52,096 bases of DNA from Klebsormidium nitens (taxonomy: Eukaryota; Plantae; Klebsormidiophyceae). Each line of letters begins with the position of its first letter. The first letter of the stretch is position 1. The notes under the pieces are model-generated. The model ran no database searches. It had not been told where the DNA came from and saw only the letters and a list, made by a program, of their open reading frames with translations. Position numbers and translations under genes: made by a program. This document shows positions 11,301 to 20,500 of this stretch, piece after piece. Location of the stretch: assembly GCA_000708835.1 (NCBI GenBank), contig DF237466.1:14809-66904 (forward strand). The letters are read 5' to 3'.

Positions 11301-12488
11301 CGCTTTAACCAGCCCCGGAACAAGGTCAAAGCCGGGTTACTACATCCTCTCCAGTACGTTGATTGACTGCCCGCTTTAAGATCGCTGCTGAGGTCTTATC
11401 TTAAGCAACTCAGCTTTTCAGACCGTTTTTGTCTGAACCTTTGTGTAAGGCCATCGTGATCTCGAAAGCCGGATTGTTTGAGACTGACACAGCCTCGGCA
11501 ATGATCTCAGATTGGGAGTAATAGCGCGGTGCAATCCCGCGCTTCTTTCTTTTCCACTTCAGCCTTCCTTTCTTTTCTCCTCACTCGGCCACTTCCTGTT
11601 CGTCTTCTCTTTTCTTCCTTTTCGCTTGCCACTTCTGCTCTCTCTTCCAGTTCTTCGACTCGCCTGTCTCCTCTAGCGAGAAGGAAGGTAGGTGTCGCCC
11701 ATTGCAAAACCACAACGGAACGGAACCGCCTCCTTTGCACTTCCTGACTGAAGCCAAGCCGAGCCAACAAGAGTGCCCCAAATGCTCATAATGGTACCGT
11801 AGAAAGTTGTGATCGTTATCTTTGTCGATAGTTCTTATAGTCCCGTGTGCCGGTGGAGTGATAATGTCAGCCGTCCACAGGTCAGGAGTTCGAAACCTGG
11901 TTGATCAAGGATGCCTTTCGCTGGTAGATATTCTTGGATGGCCTTTCGCTGATAGATGAACTTGAGACGCCGTTTCCGTTCAAAAGAGATGCTCTCATCT
12001 CGGGAGCAGACTCTTTTTTTGGATGTAGGGTGATCACGACTCAACAGCTTTCATCGTTCTTCTATCTCACAACGGACAACTGCACATAACGAAGCCTGAT
12101 TCGGCATGGGTTAGATGCCCTTCTGCCATACCCGACTAGTTGAGTGCTGTTTAAACAACCCGTTAACCGAGGCGCAAACCCTTCCTGTGATCTGTACTAC
12201 AGGAGCTGAAGAATGGGCGCCTGGCCATGGTCTCCTTTATCGGTTTCCTCTGGCAGTACCTACTGTTTGAGTGCTGGTTAAACAACCCGTTAGCCGAGGC
12301 GCAAACCCTTTTTGTGATCTGTACTACAGGAGCTGAAGAATGGGCGCCTGGCCATGGTCTCCTTTATCGGTTTCCTCTGGCAGTACCTGGAAACCGGCGA
12401 GGGTCCCATCACAAACCACACCAAACACTTGGCGGACCCCAGCGCCAACTGGCTCTTCAACGGCAGCCCGATCGTGTGGCCCAACTGA
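8343..12488 (+). CDS. Chlorophyll a/b-binding light-harvesting protein, divergent paralogue B (283 aa, Asn at a603 ligand)
   Basis: Exons 8343-8434, 9100-9300, 9974-10181, 11007-11198, 12330-12488, in phase. [81 protein letters not shown]. Confidence 0.93.
10184..10310 (+). repeat. Intronic 18-bp minisatellite, about 7 copies (acttgcctatgccccttc/t)
   Basis: Directly visible tandem array that starts within the 5' splice site of intron 3 of LHC paralogue B. Confidence 0.95.
12140..12388 (+). repeat. 127-bp tandem duplication of intron end, acceptor and first 59 nt of the last LHC exon
   Basis: tgagtg at 12141 and 12268; cag|gagctgaagaat at 12203 and 12330. The intronic parts differ at 4 positions, while the exonic parts are identical. 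Confidence 0.95.
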
Positions 12489-13638
12489 TAGCGTATCAGT
12501 ACCGCCCAGAGATAGAAAGTTGTATAAGCTCCATAGGTTTGGCTTGGAACCCAGCTCATGTAAGTAGCTAGATTCCGACTGGGCGAATGCATTGCATGGC
12601 ACTTGTGTGCAGGGGGCGTCAGCGGCTTGGACTTCGAGGTCCCTTTCGTGCGACCGGACGCACGTTGCAGGACGGTAGAAGTTGGGTTACCGTCACCTGG
12701 ATTTGAAACACAGTTTATTGACGCTACCTTTGTACATAACCAAGGCTGATTGACAACGATTCTTATACTTGACCGACCTTTCGCGTTGTGATCGAAACGA
12801 ATCATGTGACAATGTCTCTACGATTCAAAAGTGCTCCACCCCCTAGTATTGCCCAGCATTTTGAGCAAAGCTAGAATACCGCCACGGACTTTGGTGCCTT
12901 TTCCTTCTATTCAACACCCTCCGAAGCGCTTCGCGAGGCCCAGTGCGAGTGGGCGCCGTTCGGCCATTCCCATGGCCCCAGAACATGACGGCCACGTGGC
13001 AAAACCGCGGCGCGGCCGATCCATCAAAGCAGCGAACCTTACTCACGGGATATGTAAATCTCAGAACCCCAATTGGAAGTACTGAAAACCGGACACGAAA
13101 TCCGGACACGAACTAAGAGCGTCCGCTTTAAGGGCGATCCCAGTCTTAAACTCATTCTCCATCCAGATCGGCAGCGCACTGAAAACAGAGGCGCTTTAGG
13201 AGCGCCGCCGCTCTCAACGCGCATGATGGAATCAGGGGCGAATGTGCTTGAATTGTCCGGTTTTCTAGGTCGGAATGTACTGAAAACGCGTAATTTAAGA
13301 GCGAACGTCGGAAACCTTAAACATGAATGAAACGGGTTCTAACGATGCTTAAGAGCGGTACGGTCTGCTTAGCTAGCGGACTGTCCTACATGCTGGGAGG
13401 CGTTGCTCTCTAATATGGCACTATCTTACTTGCCAAATGGGAAAGATGGCGCTCAGGGTCCTGCACCATACGCTATACGTACTGCCAATCTCTACAGTGA
13501 TACTGCGCTACTACAAATGCACTCCAAGTCCCTCATGTCGACCTTGCGTAAACATTCGACAAGTATACACGCGTCATGCAGGGGTTCGCAGCTTGTTGAT
13601 GTAGAAATCGAGACAGGTGCAAGTGGGATTAAGAACTG

Positions 13639-13827
13639 CAGATTTCGCAAATGACTGGCAAGACCGCAGTGCGGCTGCCTGTATAGCCGCTAGGTTGCAT
13701 GCAGATTGAAGCACCTGCAAGGCATGTCGCGGGGGCAGTCTGACCAACGCGCTGCTCAAGTTGGCAACTTGCAAGTTAAGTCGATCGGGACTTTGGCGCC
13801 TAAGTTTGGTCTTTAGCACGCAGACAC
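13639..13827. repeat. Dispersed repeat copy 2 (see 2764-2940)
   Basis: Same ordered blocks as copy 1, same orientation, with indels. Confidence 0.8.
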
Positions 13828-14510
13828 AGACGGTCGATCCTCCATTAGATCGTCGTGTCCGACCAATCATGCTATCATAACTTCAATTAACGAACTGCGT
13901 CCATGCAAGTACGTACGTCGAAATACGAAGTGCAAAGTAGGTTCGACTATGAAGTCACGTGTGAGGTGGCGGGAACGTACCGGCGGAGGTGTTTAAGCAA
14001 CTTGGTTGCAGCTGCGTGCACGGCCCGCATAAAAACTCCACTTTATACGAAACACTCATGGTGCCCCTGCGGACCTGAATATATGTATGAGCATGCATTC
14101 CTTACGCGCAGACGCCATTCGTTCAACATGGATCGGATATACTCAATGGACCGTATTGAATATGCACGTCCGACGAGCTAGAAGCTCTGAGTTTAATTCC
14201 GCTTAATTTTGCGAGTTGCCAATACTTGCATACGACGAGGAACAAAATTGTTTTTGCACGGTCATGTGGAGGATCAACGGATTCAACTCTAGAATCTGCA
14301 TGCAAACCGGATGCACCTTCACATTGAATGAATGCTTGGAACGTGCCAATAATACTTTTCCGCGTCCAAACACAGCCTCAACGAATTTACTATCAGCCCT
14401 TGGCATATTTTCTATCTTTTCTTTCTAGCAAAACCAACTTTCGCATTTGTAACAAGCGCATCTGCTAAAAGCTCTCGTGCTCAGCAATCCGCTTATGCGG
14501 CACATCCGAT

Positions 14511-17500
14511 TTATTGAGCAGGCGGAGCAGACCAATGGCTGGGATCATACGGGGTCCCGTACACTTGCATGTTATACATTTGCTGCTGGTACGTGACGTG
14601 GGTTGGGTCGATGGCGGAAGCGGTCGCTGGCTGGACGGGGCCGTAAACGGGGGCGCCGTAGTGAATCGGGGGAGCCTGCACCATAAGCGGATCTTCGGTC
14701 ATACACCGGGCCATCCTTGCAAGGGGCTTGTACAAGCAACTGTGCAATCATGTAATCTATCGCTTTTGGGTGCCTGCCCAAGTGCAGACGACAAAACGGA
14801 AGGACTCAAGCGCCGATGACGTCACCTTCGACACGCGTCTGCTCAAACCCTTCATCAACTCAGCAAGCACTGTTTCGAGCATCTAAACAAGCTGTCAACT
14901 GAAACTTGGTGGAAATTTGAGAAAGACCGGGCTTGGAGAAAGAGAGCCTCAAGAGGATACCAGATCGATAACGGCTACAGATTGCTCCAAGCTTGCAGAT
15001 CCTTCCGAATTGAGATGGGGTCTATAGGGCGCCCGTGTGGTCAAAGCACGTGGGTGAGAAGGACACTAAGCAGAAAACCAACCAGACCTATGCAGAACTC
15101 ACCTGCATTCCGTATGCTCCAACCGGGTGCATAACCGGAGCCATCTGTCCATACGGGTCGTGCGCCAGGTAGCCATGCTGGTACTCGGGCGTCGCATACT
15201 GCGGGTGATAAGGTACGTGTCCCGGTTGATACCCCTCCGCGACCTGGTACGTACCGTAGTACGGGTCGTGCGCATAGTACGCGGTCGGGGGGTGCTCGTA
15301 CACCACGTGCCCTTGAGCGTAGGCCGGTTGGCCGTCCTGGTGGTAGATCGCCCCGGTTACGACTTGACCCGGTTCGTAACCCTGCTGGTGCCCGTACGCT
15401 GCTCCAGCGTCCGCATATGTTCCGGGTACCGCTTCGTATGGCGGCGCTTCGGACGGGTAAAGAGCGCTTAGGTCGGCGGAATATTCACCGGTCGGATCGG
15501 GGTGCTCTTCTCCTAGCAGCTGCTGCCCGGTTGCTAGCTCGCCGGGGGATCCCTCCACAAACGGAGCTTCTAAATGCTCGCGGTCGGGGTCCAAGCCCGG
15601 AGCAAACTGATCCATAACCGGCTCCTCGTACAGCATAATTTCCTGCCCGGCATGCCCGCTTTCTGCGGCAATATCCATCCCTTCCTCGACCGCCACGTGT
15701 TCCATCTCACCCTCTGCCACGGGTCCCATCTCGGCCCCTGCGTCCTCAACGGCCTGGTTAATCGCGTTTGCCTCTGTCCCGTGACTGTCGATTGGCGGGC
15801 AGATATTCTCTACCGCTACTTGCTCCCCACCTGGCGCGATAGCGCTCTCCGACGGATGCCCAGGTAAACCCATCGGGGGCCGCATAACCACCGGCATGGG
15901 TTGGTGCATGACCACCGGCATCTGCATCTGCATGTGCAGATTAGGGGGATAATTAGCCAGATAACCCCGCCCCGTCTGCGGCCGTGCCCGCGTGCGCCCC
16001 TTCTTCGCACCCGGCTCTCTTTTCCGCCCCTTCCGCCCACCAACCGGGCTCAAAACCTTAACCGGAGGACTAAACCCGTCGTTTCTTGCAGGACATGTTG
16101 ACGATGGGTTTGGTAAAACCGGGATCTCAACCGCTGGGTCAACTGGCTGGTCGACCGGTAAGTGAACCCGATCACCTTGGTCAACTGGCACAACTGCGAG
16201 CGGGTTTGGGTTTGAGGTAACCGGCGGCGACTTTTTCCGTAGGGCCGCTTTTTCCGCGCGAGCTTCGGCTGCGATTCGCAGCGCCTCCTGAGCTGCGCGC
16301 GCCGCCTCTAGTTTCCGCTCCTCCTTGGCCTTCTTTTCCAGAATTCGCGCGGCCTTCCGTTCCTGCCGATGTGAAGTCGAGATTGTTAGCGGACGCCCCA
16401 TTGAGCTCCCGGACTGAGATCGTGACAACGACTGGAAAAATTCTGGAAACCAACTGCCGGAATTTTGGACGGGGCGCTACTTTTGGGACACTTGTTGCAG
16501 AGGGTGTCAAGCTGACTTTCCATAACGGTTCGCAAAGCAGCGAGAAATGAAAAATGGTGGCTAACTTGATCACGTGGATATACGAACGCTACCACGTCAG
16601 CTGTGTTCCTGTCGCGCTGCCAAGAGCCCTCTCCTACTTCGACACTCCAAGTTGCGACTCATCTCAAATCAACGCGGACTTCAGTTGCATCGTGGGGATT
16701 CTTAACGTAGAGCACAGTAGCCCGCCGAAGTACCGACGTAGCCGGGAATTCAGAACGAGGACTTCCTAAATGATGTTGGCAGGAAAACTCGACGAGAGAA
16801 GCCAGCAGGCTAACACGCGCCAAGGCCTGGCTTCTGAACCCATTGACGTTTTTAAACCCCAAAAGTGAAAACAGAACTCGATCAAACAAGTAGCAGGCAC
16901 TTTGAGCCAACGCCTTGAATTCAATCCTACAACAGGGTTCAGGTTGCTTACCGCTGCTGCGATCGCGGCTGCTTGCTGGTCCTCGGCCCTCTTCTTGAGG
17001 GCGAGCACCTGGGCAATCGCCAGAAACTTGGGGTTGCTGCTGTACAGGAATCCGCGCAGCTGCTGGCCGCCCACCGCCGCCGAGATCGAGAAGCCCGTCT
17101 GGAGCAGGTCCTCGATCTGCACTCGCAGATTTGCAAAATTTGTGTGTTCGCGCCTAGGAATTTGATTTTCTGAGTTGATGTCCATCGGACATACTTTTCT
17201 TGTCCAGATGGTGAGATCACTGCTGCCGACATCGAGAAGGCGGTGTGGAGCAAGTCTCCGATCTGCAACAAGCGGTTTTGCGATTCGTTTGTTTGCTCCG
17301 ACGCGTTCTGAAATGTAGTCGCTGTGGTTGCATACGAGAATAGGGATGGATTTTCGAGTACAGAGTTTGAGAAAGTGAAGAAGTGGGCGGCCTTCTCGGT
17401 TGAGGGAAACGACGAGAGCGTTGAAAGGTTTCTTTATGGGACCAGCAAGAAGGAAGGAGTTCGGCCGTTGATATCATCAAGACTCTTTGCAATTCAATGA

Positions 17501-20500
17501 AAAGAGTGGTGATAGCTCCTCGTGATGGTGGATCTTTCATGAGGCGTCAATCTCGCATAAGGGCTCTCTCGAGACTACGAAGATACATACAAGATCGCAC
17601 AGGTGACGCCAAACGCCTCTTTGCAAAGTGTCCTTGAATGGCGTTTTGCAACGGCACACGCAGACGCGTTCTCAGCCCTTAGAGACGGCTCGCTGACGCC
17701 TGCAATCCTCATTAAAGCTCTGGGCGAGTGTAAACCGCAACTAGCAAACGGAACTGGAACCAAGTTGTAAAACCCATACCGCCGAGGTGGAGATCGTTGA
17801 TTGGTACGAACCAAGTTGCTGCTTCTCAAACCGTGCGAAAGCACACGCGCGGTACGCCCTCTTCTCGCAGAAGCTAGATCGTTTTCAGAAGCGCTGAAAG
17901 TAGTTTTTGAGCGCTGACGTCACCTTGATGTCAATGGTCTCCTTGGGCGGCTCCTCCTTGATCTCCGGGACCTTGATGAGGGCCCATCCGCCGAATCTTT
18001 CCCCCGCAACGATCTCTGTGCAAATGGGTGAAAAACGTGTTTCCTTGGGATACTAGGGCCACCCGTAATGTCAGCGAAATAAGCGCCTGAAGCGAAGCAA
18101 ACGATCTAGGGAACGGCTGAGATCAAAGTGGTAGCTGGATTAGCAGTCAATGGAGGGCCGAAATCTGGATACCAGGCTTTTTCTGATCTTGGAAGAGTGT
18201 GTGACGTTATATGCCCCAGTAGGAGGAAAAAGCGTGTAACCTTGAGATACTAAGGGCTACCCATTAATCCACTAAAATCAGCGCCTGAAGCGCCAGCAAA
18301 CTATCAAAGGATCGGCAGGGATCAGAGTGGTAGCTTAAATAGCAGGCTTTTTCTTATTTGAAGAGTATTTGACATTATAGGCCCAGTAGAGAACAGGAAC
18401 ACGCTCACGACCAGCGCATACCGCCAATTTGAGGAAATTCAAAGCCAATAGCAAGCCGGAAAGATGTTCGGATGTGGCGGCCGAGCAGCATCATAAAGCA
18501 GAAGTCTACAAGAAAAGTTGCGGACATCCTATTTACCAAAATCGAGCGAAGGAGAGGGCAGATGCAGGCGGAACCGAGTCCCGGTATAACGACTGCAACA
18601 ATCCTCAAAACGAGAAAAGGGCTTAACTTACCAGCCCCGTCCGCACGATCATGGGGGGCCGCCTCCGCACGAGGATAGGCCCCTTCGGCAGCTTCTCTGC
18701 GTTCCCGCGGCGGCGCAGCCTCTGCGCACCCAAAAACTCTGGAGCTGTCTAGGTGAGACGCGTGGCAGTCAAGGTGGTCATTGCTGACGTCAGCGGCGGG
18801 CTGGAGGGGGTCCGGCGCGGGGGGCCTGTCGTCTGGGTATTGCGGGCCGGCAGGAGCGGCGTGCGGGGTGGGACTGGGGGCGGTTTCTCGGTGTGAATAC
18901 GCAGCTTCTGCTCTTCCGAGGTCGGGAACGGAACCAGTTACACCGGGTTTAGGAAGATCGCTTGAGTTAGCAGAGAGGTCAGAAGGACAATGCTGTAAAT
19001 GCGGCCCGGCAGCCGCTGCTGGGCCGGGCTCTCTACTCAGGAGGGGGTTTCTCACACCGCTTTCTGGTGGGGTCAGGGTTAGCACCGTTGACTGTGGAGG
19101 TGTTGGCAGCACTGGTCTTTCTCGGTTAGGCGGTAAAAGGCTGGCCGGACCTAAACCCGGGGTTAGCGAATCTCTTTCATTGATTTCGTTGGCAGGGGCG
19201 GCAGTTTCTTCGACCCGACTGATGCCGTAGTTATTGCTTAGCCCCTCTTGCGCTGCTGACTGTCCTTCGTCTCTCTCGGCGTGGCTATCGATCGCCAAAC
19301 CTACTCTATTTCCGTTCTCGACAGGTGTGGCCGCACTAGTCGCGACTCCACATAAGCCCACAGATCGCAACGACTCCTCTCGAGGAGCATGACAACTTTT
19401 TGAAGGAGTCCCTTCCGTTTCCCTTATCCCGTTTCCCGTTCCCGTTCTCCCGTTCTCCCTCCGCCCTGTTCCTTCTTCCGTACTAGCAACTCGTACTTGA
19501 GCACCCGCAATTTCGGGCGACACAACTCCTTCCATACGGGCTGGTGGGTCGCCCTGAGGCCCACCGTTTGCTGTTGCTTTCGTCCCCCTACGAACGGGCA
19601 CCAGTTTCTTCGCGCGCACCAGCCCCGTCGGCCGGTAGTGAAGCTCCCTCGCGGAGTAGATTGTCTGCACCCCCGCCGAAACCAGTGTCTTTCCACCCCC
19701 CCGAACCGTGCCCGGAGGTCTTTTTTCACCTTTTTCACCCGGCGGGAGTCCCGTGCAGCCGTTCCTGGACACCCCCTCACGCGCTTCCGACCGACCTTGA
19801 TTTGAAGGTTTGACTCCTAGACTCATGACATGTAGACTTTCCCCTCTCGTCCCATTTGCGTTTATCACTTCTGACCCCCGATCTGGAACCGTACTTCGCT
19901 TCTCCCCCGGACAGCTTCCGTCATTCTTCTCCGACGCCCGTTTCTGCACTTCTCTGATGTGACCATCATTTTCAAACCGTTCCCCTTCCTCCCTTTCCCC
20001 TTCGTTTCCCTCTTGGCGAGACACCCCCCCTCCGCCGTTTTCTCTCCGCTCTAGTCCTCCACCCAGAAAAGGGTCCATAAGTCTTTCTCCCGCCCCTAGT
20101 TCCCCGGCAGGAAACACCCTTGGCAAAGAGCCTTCGCCCGTCTCCCGCGCCCCACCGGCCGCAGAACCCCCTCCCGCTCGTTCTTGCTCCGTAGACAGAG
20201 CTTCCATGCCTAGTTGGTCCGCGATCCTCGACACCGCCTCGAAGTAGCGCGCGGCGGTCTCCGTGTCGACCCGGGCGGTTTGCCCGCTAAAACTGGAGAT
20301 GACCGTCTTCCGTCGCTTGGCGGGACGCAATGGTGGGGCCGGCGCGCGCGGCGTGTGCTTGGCGAGCCGCTTTACGTCGGGGCCTGACTGGCCGAGACCT
20401 GGCCATAAGCGAGAAGGCATGAGCGAGAAGGGAAAGATATAGAATTTCGTTCATTCGCAAGTGACGGAACGAGGAGTGGAGATGACCGTCTTCCGCCGCT

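Noticed and set aside
12991-13000. Perfect G-box palindrome gccacgtggc
   Set aside because: It lies between two 3' ends with no nearby gene start.
15127-16101. Plus-strand ORFs (15127, 15417, 15574, 15901)
   Set aside because: Antisense shadows of a GC-rich coding exon.
18405-20420. Stand-alone 671-aa gene
   Set aside because: It has a phase-compatible acceptor (20398) and donor (18632) linking it to the kelch exons. Its ATG and C-terminal tail lie in introns.
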